Shown: positions 1-9,543 of the stretch, piece by piece
Layout of the letters: each line of letters opens with the position of its first letter
How positions within the stretch are numbered: the stretch's first letter is position 1
Notes under the pieces: model-generated
What the model saw: the letters and a program-made list of their open reading frames with translations, nothing else
Databases searched by the model: none
What the model was told of the DNA's origin: nothing
Position numbers and translations under genes: made by a program
Source of the DNA: an uncultured Ruminococcus sp.
Lineage (GTDB): Bacteria > Bacillota > Clostridia > Oscillospirales > CAG-272
NCBI GenBank assembly: GCA_902779285.1
Contig: CACZAZ010000002.1
Location: forward strand, 1 to 55,587
DNA: 55,587 nucleotides
Direction of reading: 5' to 3'

Positions 1-3000
1 GACGGGGTCTTTCTTCGCCGCCATCCTCGCCGGGATCAGACCCGCGAGATGCGTCAGCCCCATACTGATCAAGACCAGCGCGATCGCGCCGCCGACCGGC
101 AGCACCGCGGCGATATTGGAAATGCCCGAGAGCGCCCGCAGGATCAGATTGATCGGGATGCAGAAGAGCAGCGTGACGATAATGCCGATCAGTCCGGCGG
201 CGAAGCCGATGATCAGCGTCTCCGCGTTGAAGACGCGGGAAACGTCGCGTTTCGAGGCGCCGATCGCGCGCAGGATACCGATCTCTTTCGTCCGTTCAAG
301 CACCGAGATATAGGTGATGATGCCGATCATGATCGACGAGACGACGAGCGAGACAGATACGAAGGCGACCAGCACGTAGGTCACGGCGTTCAGGATCAGG
401 GTGACCGAGGTCATCAGCAGCGCCATCACGTCGGTGTAGGTGATCTGCTTATCCTCCGCCGCGTTCTCGTTGTAGCGGTCGATCACGGCGGTCACCTTAT
501 CCTTCTCCTCGAAGGTGGTGACGTAGATGCTGATGCTCGAAGGGTTATCCTCGTCGTAGACGTAGAGTTTCGCGAGCGTTTCCTCGTAGGAGGTGCCGGC
601 GCTCCCGTCGGGGACGAAATACTGGTACGCCGCCGCCTTTTGTTTTTCGTTGAACGAATCTATGATTTTGTCGAGTTCGGCGGCGCAGCGGGCGTCCTTG
701 GTCGCCTCGTTGACGGTGGGATCGGATTCGATCCGCGATTTTGCTTGGGCGCGCGCGAGCCGTCCGGTCACGCGGTCGAGTTCGTCGTCCGAGAGCCCCG
801 CAGCCCACGCGGTAAGCGCGTCCTCGGAGAGCTCGGTGGACGCGAGGTAGACCCCGACGACGTAGTTCTCCTTCGCCGTTCTGTCGGTGAGCGTCGCCGT
901 GATCGCCTCCGCGCCCGCCGCGATCTCGGCGTCGGACGGGGTGTTGCGGTAGGATTCGTAGAGCGCCTCGCCCCTCTCCTCGATCTCCTGCGCGACCTTG
1001 ATCGCGAGCAGGGTCCTGACCGTGGCGACGAGTTTCGCGTCGTTATCGAAATACGCGATATACGTGGAATATTCGGGATAGTACGCGTCGACCCACGCGA
1101 CGATCTCCTGACGGGTCGAGCCGATCGTCCCCATCACCTGCTCCACCGTTTCGTAGATCCGGAGGTTTATGGACTTGACCGTTTTGGTCTCGGGGTCGTA
1201 ATCGGTTTTCAGCATGGTTTCGAGCAGTTCCGCTTTCTCCCGCGGGGTAAGACCCGCGACGTATTCGGTCAAGCGCTGCGCCCGTTCCGGGTCGGTCTTC
1301 GGCAGCGTGTCGGGATCGACCGTGAAGGGCAGCCCGGTCAGAACGTCGGTATCGGGGTCCGCGAGCTGTTCCTTCACGATCTCGCTCTCCCGGGTCGACT
1401 CGATCAGGTATTTGGTCAGCGCCGACGTGTAGAGCAGCGTGCCGTTCGCGGAGGTGGAGGTGGCGTCGGGATTCTTCCGCAGGATACCCGAGACCCGGAG
1501 TTCGATCGACATTTCGTCGTTCGTGAGCATGGTCTCGAGCACCGCCTGCTGATTTGAGACGTTCTGCCACTTCCCTCCGATCTTCTGATACAGGCGGGCG
1601 GGCGCGACGGTGCGGAAGGTGCGCCCGAGGATATCCTCGTAGGACCACTTCTCGGTTTCGGGCTGCTCGATCTTGCTCCCGGTGAACGCCGCGACCATCA
1701 TCTGCCGCATATCCGCCTCGCTCTTCAGTCCGAGGGCGTAGAGCGTCAGGTCGTTGACCTCGTCGTGATCGTTCAGAACGAGCAGAACGTCGCCAGCCCC
1801 CGTCGGCCATTCCCCGGCGAGCAGGTCGTACTGCTCTTTGACGAGGTCCGCGACGAGTTTCCCGTCATTCCCGCCGAGCACTTCGCCCCATACGCTGTAG
1901 GACGAGAAGCTGGACGAGAAGGAATAGCTTGACGTCGCAGAGTCGGTCGGGGTCCCGCTGACGCTCGACATCAGGGCGTAGATATCCGACGAGACATACT
2001 CGCCCGTCGCGGGATCGCGCGTATAGACGGTCAGGGGGATGTCGTAGCCGTACCGGACCGTCGCGTCCACGCCGTCGAGGGCGCCGCCGTCGAGGTACGC
2101 TTTGAACGCCGCCAGATCGTTCTCGCTCTTGTCGGGCGCGAGCAGGGTGTTGATCAGGTTGTAGAAGACGGGGCTGCTGTAAATATTCCCGTCGTCCGTC
2201 GGGTGGTCCCTTCCGACGTCCCGCTGGTCCCCGAGGGAGGAGATCATCGAGACCAGGTCGGTCTCCTCACGGTTGATCGTGATCGGGTAGGACGAGAGCG
2301 CGTCCTCCTGGATGTGCCGGATATAGAGGTTGATGCCGTTCGAGAGCGCGAGGATCAGGGCGATGCCGATAATGCCGATGCTCCCGGCGAAACTGGTCAG
2401 AAACGTGCGCCCCTTCTTGGTCATCAGGTTGTTCAACGAGAGCGAAAGCGCGGTCAGAAGCGACATGGAACGCTTCTTCGGCTTTCCTTTTTTCTCTTCG
2501 CCTTTGCGGGGCTCCTCCGATTCGGCGGGGTCCGGGGAGGCGACGTTTTCGACGGGTTTCCCCGACGTCTTTTCGGTTTCGGGCTCCGAATCGGGGTCGT
2601 ACGGATCGCTGTCCCCGACGATCCCGCCGTCGAGCAGACGGATGATCCGGGTCGAGTAGCGTTCGGCAAGATCGGGGTTGTGGGTCACCATCACGACCAG
2701 TTTCTCGCGCGCCACCTCGCGGAGCAGGTCCATCACCTGGATACTGGTCTCGGTATCGAGCGCCCCGGTCGGCTCGTCTGCGAGCAGGACGTCGGGATCG
2801 TTCACCAGCGCGCGGGCGATCGCCACTCTTTGCATCTGTCCGCCGGAAAGTTGGTTCGGGCGTTTCTTGATCTGATCCCCGAGCCCCACGCGGACAAGCG
2901 CCCGGGTCGCGCGTTCTTTTCGCTCGGCTTTCGACACGCCGGAGAGCGTGAGCGCGAGTTCGACGTTGGCGAGTACGGTCTGGTGCGGGATCAGGTTGTA

Positions 3001-3273
3001 GTTCTGGAACACGAAGCCGACCGAATGGTTGCGGTAGGCGTCCCAATCGGCGTCGCGGTAGAGTTTGGTCGAGACGCCGCGGATGACGAGGTCGCCCGAC
3101 GTGTAGTGGTCGAGCCCGCCGATGATATTCAGGAGCGTGGTCTTCCCGCACCCGGAGGGACCCAGGATCGAGACGAACTCGTTTTCCCGGAAAGAGACCG
3201 TGACCCCCTTGAGGGCGGCGACCGCGCTCTCCCCCTCTCCGTATTCTTTTCTGACGTCGCGTAACGTGAGCAT
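1..3273 (-). CDS. MacB/FtsX-type ABC transporter, fused ATPase-permease (3' end runs off the window)
   Basis: My translation from ATG at 3273: [12 protein letters not shown], Walker [10 protein letters not shown], signature LSGGQMQR, Walker [13 protein letters not shown] loop, then [32 protein letters not shown] (MacB-like TM1). Absent from the ORF track, consistent with no stop inside the window. Confidence 0.9.
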   Translation of the reverse strand, partial: MLTLRDVRKEYGEGESAVAALKGVTVSFRENEFVSILGPSGCGKTTLLNIIGGLDHYTSGDLVIRGVSTKLYRDADWDAYRNHSVGFVFQNYNLIPHQTVLANVELALTLSGVSKAERKERATRALVRVGLGDQIKKRPNQLSGGQMQRVAIARALVNDPDVLLADEPTGALDTETSIQVMDLLREVAREKLVVMVTHNPDLAERYSTRIIRLLDGGIVGDSDPYDPDSEPETEKTSGKPVENVASPDPAESEEPRKGEEKKGKPKKRSMSLLTALSLSLNNLMTKKGRTFLTSFAGSIGIIGIALILALSNGINLYIRHIQEDALSSYPITINREETDLVSMISSLGDQRDVGRDHPTDDGNIYSSPVFYNLINTLLAPDKSENDLAAFKAYLDGGALDGVDATVRYGYDIPLTVYTRDPATGEYVSSDIYALMSSVSGTPTDSATSSYSFSSSFSSYSVWGEVLGGNDGKLVADLVKEQYDLLAGEWPTGAGDVLLVLNDHDEVNDLTLYALGLKSEADMRQMMVAAFTGSKIEQPETEKWSYEDILGRTFRTVAPARLYQKIGGKWQNVSNQQAVLETMLTNDEMSIELRVSGILRKNPDATSTSANGTLLYTSALTKYLIESTRESEIVKEQLADPDTDVLTGLPFTVDPDTLPKTDPERAQRLTEYVAGLTPREKAELLETMLKTDYDPETKTVKSINLRIYETVEQVMGTIGSTRQEIVAWVDAYYPEYSTYIAYFDNDAKLVATVRTLLAIKVAQEIEERGEALYESYRNTPSDAEIAAGAEAITATLTDRTAKENYVVGVYLASTELSEDALTAWAAGLSDDELDRVTGRLARAQAKSRIESDPTVNEATKDARCAAELDKIIDSFNEKQKAAAYQYFVPDGSAGTSYEETLAKLYVYDEDNPSSISIYVTTFEEKDKVTAVIDRYNENAAEDKQITYTDVMALLMTSVTLILNAVTYVLVAFVSVSLVVSSIMIGIITYISVLERTKEIGILRAIGASKRDVSRVFNAETLIIGFAAGLIGIIVTLLFCIPINLILRALSGISNIAAVLPVGGAIALVLISMGLTHLAGLIPARMAAKKDPV

Positions 3274-3438
3274 GACCGCGTTTCCTTTCGTTATCCGACC
3301 GCGTCGGCGCATTTTTTACCGAATATCATTGTAGAGGAAATATTTGAACAGAAAAAGAACGAACGGGACCCGATTTGTAAACTTCTTCGGAGCGGACGAA
3401 AAAACGGTCCGGCGGGACGACGCTTTTTCGCTTCGGGG

Positions 3439-3467
3439 TTGCAATTCCCGCCGATTTGTGCTATACT
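3439..3467 (+). promoter_or_regulatory. sigma-A promoter for GT2 gene
   Basis: TTGCAA-17 bp-TATACT with TG extended -10. Confidence 0.7.
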
Positions 3468-3537
3468 GTTGGTAACTCCGGCGCGAAAACCCGGAGTCCG
3501 ACGAGAACGAAAAAGCGACAGACGGGAGGTTATCTCT

Positions 3538-4560
3538 ATGACGTTGATGACTTTTACCGTTCCGTGCTATAATTCCGAAGCGTATATGCGAAAATGTATC
3601 GATTCCCTGCTCCCCGCGGGGGACGATACCGAGATCATTATCGTTGACGACGGCTCGACCGACGCGACCGGCGAGATCGCAGACCGCTACGCCGAAGACC
3701 ACCCCGACCGCGTCCGCGTCATTCATCAGGAGAACGGAGGACACGGAGAGGGGGTCAATCAGGGCGTCCGGAACGCACGGGGCAAATACTTCAAGGTGGT
3801 CGATTCCGACGACTGGCTCGACGGGGACGCGCTTGCCGGACTGCTTTCCCGTATCCGGGAGCACGAGGCTGCCGGGGTCGACGTCGATATGTACGTCGCC
3901 AACTACGTCTACGAGCACGTCGCGGACGGAAAGACCTTCGTGATGGATTATCACCGGATATTCCCGAACGAAACCGTCTGTTCGTGGGAGGATATCCGTC
4001 CCTTCGGCATCACGCAGTACCTGATGATGCACTCTGTCTATTTCAAGACGGATATCCTCCGGAACTGCGGGCTGGAACTGCCGAAGCACACCTTCTACGT
4101 GGACAACCTGTTCATGTATAAGCCGCTCCCCGACGTCAAGACCATTTACTATATGCCGCTCGACCTCTACCGCTATTTTATCGGACGCGCCGATCAGTCG
4201 GTCACGCTCGAAAACGGGGCGAAGCGCTACGAACAGCAGATCCGCGTGACCAAGATGATGGTCGACTGCTTCGATCTGCGCGAGATGGGCGAGACCCGAC
4301 CGAAACTGCGGCGGTACCTGCTCCACGAACTCGGGATGATGGTCCTGATCTGCGCGGTCTTCACCTACGCCGACGACACCCCCGAGCGCCGCGCCAACTT
4401 CTTCGCGGTCTGGCAGTATATCAAGGACAAGGATCCCTGGCTCTACCGGCGGCTCCGCTGGACCACCACCGCGACGGTCGCGACGGGAAAATCCAAGTTC
4501 AGCCGCTGGCTCGACGTCTGCGGCTACCGGTTCTTCAAAAAGATCGTCAAATTCGGATAA
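3538..4560 (+). CDS. Glycosyltransferase family 2
   Basis: TFTVPCYN, IIIVDDGSTD, ENGGHG, KVVDSDD (DxD) motifs; GGAGG RBS before ATG 3538. Confidence 0.9.
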   Translation: MTLMTFTVPCYNSEAYMRKCIDSLLPAGDDTEIIIVDDGSTDATGEIADRYAEDHPDRVRVIHQENGGHGEGVNQGVRNARGKYFKVVDSDDWLDGDALAGLLSRIREHEAAGVDVDMYVANYVYEHVADGKTFVMDYHRIFPNETVCSWEDIRPFGITQYLMMHSVYFKTDILRNCGLELPKHTFYVDNLFMYKPLPDVKTIYYMPLDLYRYFIGRADQSVTLENGAKRYEQQIRVTKMMVDCFDLREMGETRPKLRRYLLHELGMMVLICAVFTYADDTPERRANFFAVWQYIKDKDPWLYRRLRWTTTATVATGKSKFSRWLDVCGYRFFKKIVKFG

Positions 4561-4618
4561 CGACTCGTTATCAAATCACGAATTGCGCCCTCGGCGCATC
4601 AGAATAAGGAGAAACACA

Positions 4619-6328
4619 ATGATCGCAAGACCCGAGCATCCGAAACCGCAATTCGAGCGCGAAGCGTGGCGCAACCTCAACGGGAAGTGGGATTTCCGCT
4701 TCGACGAATCGGACAGCGGCGAGGAAAGAGGGCTGATGAAAGCCGGCGCCGCCTACGACCGCGAGATCGTCGTTCCGTTCTGCCCCGAAAGCCGGCTGTC
4801 GGGGATCGGAGAGGTCGATTTTCACGCGGCGGTCTGGTACAGGCGGACCTTTGAACTTTCCGAAAAGGAGCTCGCGGGACGCGTTCTGCTCCATTTCGGC
4901 GCCGTCGACCACACCTGCAAGGTCTACGTCAACGAGGTCGAGGTCGGGCGGCACGTCGGGGGCTACGTCTCCTTCTGCTTTGATATCACCGACGCCGCGA
5001 AAGCCGGTGAGAATACCGTCGTCGTGTACGCAAAGGACGACAGCCGCGACCCGATGATCCCGTCGGGCAAGCAGAGCGACCGGTACGCCTCCTACGGCTG
5101 CTATTACACCCGGACCACCGGGATCTGGCAGACCGTCTGGCTTGAGTTCGCGCCCGAAACGCGCCTCGTTTCGACGAGATACTATCCCGACGCCGAAAAC
5201 GGCGTTGTGACCGTACAGGCGAAGCTCGAGGGAAACGCGGATCTTACCGCCGTCGCCTCCTTCGAGGGGCGCGAGGTCGGACGCGCGACGGTCAAGGGCG
5301 CGGGCGGGACGGTCACCTTCCCGATCCCCCTCTCGGAAAAGCATCTGTGGGAGATCGGGGACGGCAAACTCTACGATCTTACCTTCACCTTTGGTGAAGA
5401 TAAAGTCAAGAGTTATTTCGGTCTCCGCGATATCAAGATGGACGGGATGAAGTTCCGCCTGAACGGGAGATCGGTCTTTCAGCGGCTGGTGCTGGATCAG
5501 GGATTCTATCCCGACGGGATCTACACCGCCCCCTCCGACGAGGAACTGAAAAACGATATCCTCCGCTCGCTCGCGATGGGATTCAACGGCGCGCGTCCGC
5601 ACGAAAAGATCTTTGAGGAACGCTACCTCTACTACTGCGACAAACTCGGCTATATCGTCTGGGGCGAATACCCGAACTGGGGGCTCGACCACACGAAGCC
5701 GGAGGCGATCTATCCCATCCTGCCCGAATGGATCGAGGAGATGGAGCGCGACTTCAACCACCCCGCCATCGTCGGCTGGTGTCCCTTCAACGAAACGTGG
5801 GATCAGCACCATTGCCGTCAGTTCGATCCCCTGCTCTCGCTGGTCTACCGCACCACAAAGGCGATCGACCCGACGCGCCCCGCGATCGACACCAGCGGGA
5901 ACTTCCACGTCGAATCCGACATCCACGACGTCCACGACTACGAGCAGAAGCCCGACGTGATGGTCGAACACTTCGCCTCGCTGGTCACGGACGGCACCTA
6001 TATCGAGCCGATGAAGCGCAACGAGCGGCAGCCCTATACGCCCGGTAAGCCGGTCTTCGTCAGCGAGTACGGCGGGATCGGATGGAGCGTGGACGAATCC
6101 GCCTGGGGCTACGGCAACACCCCCAAAACCAAAGAGGAGTTCCTCACCCGGCTGAAGGGGCTGACCGACGCGCTGCTCGACAACCCGAAGATCTTCGCTT
6201 TCTGCTACACCCAGCTCACCGACGTCGAGCAGGAACAGAACGGTCTCTACACCTACGATCGCCGTCCGAAGTTCCCACCCGAACAGATCCACCCGATCTT
6301 CTCCCGCAAAGCCGCGATCGAGGATTGA
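4619..6328 (+). CDS. Glycoside hydrolase family 2 (beta-galactosidase/beta-glucuronidase-like)
   Basis: NLNGKWDF, LHFGAVD, GIWQTVWLE, NHPAIVGWCPFNE (acid/base), VSEYGG (nucleophile); AAGGAG RBS. Confidence 0.9.
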   Translation: MIARPEHPKPQFEREAWRNLNGKWDFRFDESDSGEERGLMKAGAAYDREIVVPFCPESRLSGIGEVDFHAAVWYRRTFELSEKELAGRVLLHFGAVDHTCKVYVNEVEVGRHVGGYVSFCFDITDAAKAGENTVVVYAKDDSRDPMIPSGKQSDRYASYGCYYTRTTGIWQTVWLEFAPETRLVSTRYYPDAENGVVTVQAKLEGNADLTAVASFEGREVGRATVKGAGGTVTFPIPLSEKHLWEIGDGKLYDLTFTFGEDKVKSYFGLRDIKMDGMKFRLNGRSVFQRLVLDQGFYPDGIYTAPSDEELKNDILRSLAMGFNGARPHEKIFEERYLYYCDKLGYIVWGEYPNWGLDHTKPEAIYPILPEWIEEMERDFNHPAIVGWCPFNETWDQHHCRQFDPLLSLVYRTTKAIDPTRPAIDTSGNFHVESDIHDVHDYEQKPDVMVEHFASLVTDGTYIEPMKRNERQPYTPGKPVFVSEYGGIGWSVDESAWGYGNTPKTKEEFLTRLKGLTDALLDNPKIFAFCYTQLTDVEQEQNGLYTYDRRPKFPPEQIHPIFSRKAAIED

Positions 6329-6344
6329 CGGAACGAAATCACAC

Positions 6345-6378
6345 TCCCCTGAAGCAGGAATGTTTCAGGGGGGTTTTT
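6345..6378 (+). terminator. Intrinsic terminator after GH2
   Basis: CCCCTGAAGCA-GGAA-TGTTTCAGGGG hairpin followed by a T run. Confidence 0.75.
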
Positions 6379-6428
6379 GTATTTCAGGGAGGGATATCCC
6401 GAAAACGGGACGCCGCGGGAAGGGGGGC

Positions 6429-6457
6429 TTGACAAATCTTTCCGACTCTGCTATACT
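6429..6457 (+). promoter_or_regulatory. Near-consensus sigma-A promoter upstream of the rpoA-paralog unit
   Basis: TTGACA (6429-6434), 17 bp, TATACT (6452-6457), with TG extended -10. Confidence 0.75.
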
Positions 6458-6568
6458 GATAGCCCTTTCGCTCCCGGGAGCGATTTTTGCCATTCCTTAT
6501 CAAAAAAAGTAAAAATCGGTTTTCGCGAGTATATTATGAAAAAAGAAACTCGGCAGCCTCCCCGACGC

Positions 6569-6612
6569 GTCGCTTTTCCGGCGACCGGATCGGTTCCGTT
6601 TTATCGTACAAT
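6569..6612 (+). promoter_or_regulatory. Dyad GTCGC-N7-GCGAC plus -10 (copy 1)
   Basis: GTCGCTTTTCCGGCGAC (6569-6585), 21 bp, TACAAT (6607-6612); same architecture at 7855 and 8681. Confidence 0.75.
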
Positions 6613-6648
6613 GAGAACGAAAACGAGGAATACAAGGAGAAGAGCGAA

Positions 6649-6846
6649 GTGAGTGAGAAACTGTTTAAGATCACGCTGATCGCAGGATCGGCAATGATGG
6701 GTTGTCTGGTACTTATGCTGATCGTTCCGTGTTACGTAACGATCGCCCTTTATTCCGTCAGTACGTTAACTACCGTCGTAACCGGTTTGCTGTCGAACTT
6801 TACGAACAAGGACGGCTCTCACGGCGGCAACAAGTTTATGCAATGA
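6649..6846 (+). CDS. Small 65-aa hydrophobic (1-2 TM) protein upstream of rpoA paralog
   Basis: AAGGAG RBS, GTG start, MSEKLFKITLIAGSAMMGCLVLMLIVPCYVTIALYSVSTLTTVVTGLLSNF...; lower GC than flanks. Confidence 0.55.
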   Translation: MSEKLFKITLIAGSAMMGCLVLMLIVPCYVTIALYSVSTLTTVVTGLLSNFTNKDGSHGGNKFMQ

Positions 6847-6887
6847 AAACCGTCAATAACGATCAATAACCAAAAGGAGAAAAAACC

Positions 6888-7838
6888 GTGTTCGAATTCT
6901 GCAAACCCGACGTCACCGTAAAAGTCAGCGAGAATCAAAGGAGCGCGACCGCATTTATCCAGCCGTTGGATCGCGGCTACGGGATCACCGTGGGCAACTC
7001 GATCCGCCGCGTGCTGCTCTCGGGGATGCCCGGCGCCGCCGCCGTGTGGATCAAGATCGACGGCGTGCAGCACGAGTTCACGACGCTCGACGGCGTCTGC
7101 GAGGACGTCCCGGAGATTGTTCTGAACGTCAAGGGGATCGTCGCCAAACTGCAAACCGACGAAGTAAAACTCGCAGAGATCGACGAGACCGGTCCCCGCA
7201 CCGTGAAAGCAGGGGATATCAAATCCGACGGCGACCTTGAGATCGTCAACCCCGGGCAGGTGATCGCGACGCTCGCGGACGGCGTGCGTTTCCAGATGGA
7301 GATCGCGTTTGCAAAGGGGCAGGGCTACGTTCCCGCCGAGAGAAACAAAGAACTCTATTCCCCGCTGCCGCTCGGCTCGATTTCGGTCGATTCGATCTTT
7401 ACTCCCGTCCAAAAGGTCGAATACTCGGTCGAGAATACCCGCGTCGGCGGCGACGTCGATTACGACAAACTGATCCTCTCCGTCACGACCAACGGCGCCC
7501 TCTCCCCCGACGCCGCGATCGCCACCGCGTCGAACGTCCTGATCCGGCATTTCGAGTGCCTGTCCTCGATCGCCGGAGGGGAAACGCCGAAAATGACCGG
7601 CGAAGACGAAAAGGACAAGCCGCTCTCCCCCGCCCTCTCCGCCGACGTCGAGCAGCTCGCCCTCTCCCGCCGGAGCTACAACTGCCTGAAACGCTCCGAG
7701 ATCGATACCGTCGGCGACCTCGTCTCCCGCACCGAAGAGGAGATCCTGAGGATCCGGAACCTCGGGCAAAAGTCCTTTGAGGAGATCCGCGACAAGATCG
7801 CGGAACTGGGTCTGACGTTCAAAAAAGAGGAAGAGTAA
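6888..7838 (+). CDS. rpoA: DNA-directed RNA polymerase alpha subunit, diverged orphan copy (probable paralog)
   Basis: PLDRGYGITVGNSIRRVLLS, IDGVQHEF, EDVPEIVLNVK, DSIFTPV, VENTRVG..DYDKL; CTD LSRRSYNCLKR and IRNLGQKS; AAGGAG RBS, GTG start; no rpsK/rpsD/rplQ neighbours. Confidence 0.95.
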   Translation: MFEFCKPDVTVKVSENQRSATAFIQPLDRGYGITVGNSIRRVLLSGMPGAAAVWIKIDGVQHEFTTLDGVCEDVPEIVLNVKGIVAKLQTDEVKLAEIDETGPRTVKAGDIKSDGDLEIVNPGQVIATLADGVRFQMEIAFAKGQGYVPAERNKELYSPLPLGSISVDSIFTPVQKVEYSVENTRVGGDVDYDKLILSVTTNGALSPDAAIATASNVLIRHFECLSSIAGGETPKMTGEDEKDKPLSPALSADVEQLALSRRSYNCLKRSEIDTVGDLVSRTEEEILRIRNLGQKSFEEIRDKIAELGLTFKKEEE

Positions 7839-7854
7839 AACTGCGGTTTTCCGC

Positions 7855-7898
7855 GTCGCTTTTCAGGCGACCAAGGCAGACGGTCTTTGAGGTAAAAT
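7855..7898 (+). promoter_or_regulatory. Dyad GTCGC-N7-GCGAC plus -10 (copy 2)
   Basis: GTCGCTTTTCAGGCGAC (7855-7871), 21 bp, TAAAAT (7893-7898). Confidence 0.75.
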
Positions 7899-7986
7899 AA
7901 CGGCAGAAAAAGAGTTTGTCTTGAAAAGCGCCTCTTTCTACGCAAAGTCGTTCCGAAATATGATAAGGGGAAAAGGAGAATTGACC

Positions 7987-8637
7987 ATGCACGATCGGAC
8001 CTATGAAAGCAATTATCCCGCCCTTTTCGCCGAAGTGATGCGGGAACGCCCGACCGACGAGCAAAACGGCGATGGAAAACCGACGCCTCCGCCGATAGGG
8101 CATGCGTCCCCCGAAGCGCTCGCCGGTCTGCGCTCGTTTATTGAAGAACACACGCAAAGAGTATCCGACGTATCCTTTGACGAGCCCGTATGCGCCGATG
8201 ATTTGGATTGGGGCCCTGTCTGCGGTGAGAGGCGGCAGATTTGTATGTCCCCGCCTCCCCGACGCGACAAGAGGTTTTCGCTCCCGCCCCTGAAGCCGAG
8301 TTTTCAAAAACAGTTCCTGTTGAAGATGATCGAGCGGGATATGACGGCGGTCGATTGCTACACCCGGGCAAACATAGACCGCAAACTTTTCTCCAAGATC
8401 TTTTCGAGCGAAACGTACAAGCCGCGCAAGGAAACCGCGATCGCCCTGATCATGACGCTCTCGCCCTCGGAAAGTGAAGCGGACGAACTTTTGAAATCGC
8501 TCGGCTACTGTCTTTCCGAAAGCAATCTTTTCGATCTGGTGATCCGATACTGCGTAAAAAACAAGATCCACGATCTCTTTGCCGTCAATGAATATCTCTA
8601 CGAGATGGATCTTCCGCTTCTCGGTTCCTGCGAATGA
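7987..8637 (+). CDS. Protein with C-terminal XRE/HTH-like domain of the type found on Firmicutes macro-domain proteins; no macro domain here
   Basis: DCYTRANIDRKLFSKI...YKPRKETAIAL...ADELLKSLGYCLSESNLFDLVIRY...NEYLYEMDLPLLG; AAAGGAG RBS before ATG 7987; N-terminal half is Pro/charged-rich. Confidence 0.7.
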   Translation: MHDRTYESNYPALFAEVMRERPTDEQNGDGKPTPPPIGHASPEALAGLRSFIEEHTQRVSDVSFDEPVCADDLDWGPVCGERRQICMSPPPRRDKRFSLPPLKPSFQKQFLLKMIERDMTAVDCYTRANIDRKLFSKIFSSETYKPRKETAIALIMTLSPSESEADELLKSLGYCLSESNLFDLVIRYCVKNKIHDLFAVNEYLYEMDLPLLGSCE

Positions 8638-8646
8638 TCCTTTTTC

Positions 8647-8680
8647 AAAAGACTCCGTGCGGTTCGCACGGAGTTTTTTT
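8647..8680 (+). terminator. Intrinsic terminator
   Basis: ACTCCGTGCG-GTT-CGCACGGAGT followed by a T run. Confidence 0.8.
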
Positions 8681-8724
8681 GTCGCTTTGGAGGCGACCTG
8701 TTGCAGCTCGTTTTGTCGTAAAAT
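8681..8724 (+). promoter_or_regulatory. Dyad GTCGC-N7-GCGAC plus -10 (copy 3)
   Basis: GTCGCTTTGGAGGCGAC (8681-8697), 21 bp, TAAAAT (8719-8724). Confidence 0.75.
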
Positions 8725-8779
8725 AAGGACGTCGGAAGAAAAACCGTCTGAAACAACATAACGAAAGAAGGAGCAATCA

Positions 8780-9409
8780 ATGGAAAAACGGATCACGGAA
8801 CTGGTATTCATTCTGGACAGGAGCGGGTCGATGGAGCATATCCGGCGGGCGACCGTCGCGAACTTCAACGAACTGCTCGACGCGCAGAAAGCCGAAGTAC
8901 ACGGCGACGAGGCGCGGATCTCGGTCTACTCGTTCAATCAGGCGCTCGACAAGGTTTGTTTCCGTTCGCCGCTCGACGAGGCGCGTCCGCTGACCGAGAG
9001 GAACTACGTCCCGAACGGCATGACCGCCCTGAACGACGCGGCGTGCGCCGTTTTGAACGAGATCTCCGGAGCGCAGAAAGAGGAGATCGACGGGGGCAGA
9101 AAGATCGTCACGGTCGTCTGCATCATCACCGACGGGCTCGAGAACGCGAGCCGGTTTTACAGACGCGCCGACTTAAAGCGTCTGATCGCGGCGAAAAAAG
9201 AGGAGGGGTGGAACTTCCTTTTCGCCGGGGCGAACTTCGACGTTGACGAGGAGGGCGAAGAACTCGGATTCGACAAGCGGGAACGGATCTCGTTTGAGGC
9301 GAGCGAGCGCGGCGTACACGATCTTGCGGAGCATGTTTCCTTTTGCTGCGCTTCCCTGCGCGAAGACCCCGAAGACGCGCCCGTCTCCCGTCCTCCCCGC
9401 CGCAAATAA
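8780..9409 (+). CDS. von Willebrand factor A (vWA) domain protein
   Basis: Complete MIDAS: LVFILDRSGSM (DxSxS), GMTALND (T), IITDGLENAS (D); GWNFLFAGAN. Confidence 0.9.
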   Translation: MEKRITELVFILDRSGSMEHIRRATVANFNELLDAQKAEVHGDEARISVYSFNQALDKVCFRSPLDEARPLTERNYVPNGMTALNDAACAVLNEISGAQKEEIDGGRKIVTVVCIITDGLENASRFYRRADLKRLIAAKKEEGWNFLFAGANFDVDEEGEELGFDKRERISFEASERGVHDLAEHVSFCCASLREDPEDAPVSRPPRRK

Positions 9410-9427
9410 AAACGGAAGGACGCCGAA

Positions 9428-9505
9428 ATGCTGTTCGAACTGATGATCGTTTTGATAATCGCCGGCATTCTTTCCGTGTACGATCACTACAAAAAGGGCG
9501 AATGA
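9428..9505 (+). CDS. Putative 25-aa single-TM peptide MLFELMIVLIIAGILSVYDHYKKGE
   Basis: GGAAGGA RBS-like element, ATG, hydrophobic core with charged tail; lies between the vWA stop and the terminator. Confidence 0.45.
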   Translation: MLFELMIVLIIAGILSVYDHYKKGE

Positions 9506-9517
9506 TCCCCCTAACAA

Positions 9518-9543
9518 AAGCGGCTGCCCGAGGGCAGCCGCTT
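9518..9543. terminator. Probable bidirectional terminator
   Basis: AAGCGGCTGCCC-GA-GGGCAGCCGCTT perfect hairpin between convergent genes. Confidence 0.65.

Noticed and set aside
49-3264. Long plus-strand ORFs (49..1557, 2203..3264) and minus ORFs 1043..1810 and 2267..3151
   Set aside because: Antisense or off-frame shadows of the minus-strand ABC gene in high-GC DNA; no motifs.
6487-6846. 119-aa version of the small ORF upstream of rpoA
   Set aside because: The upstream TTG has no RBS and would span the dyad and -10; GTG 6649 has AAGGAG at a suitable spacing.
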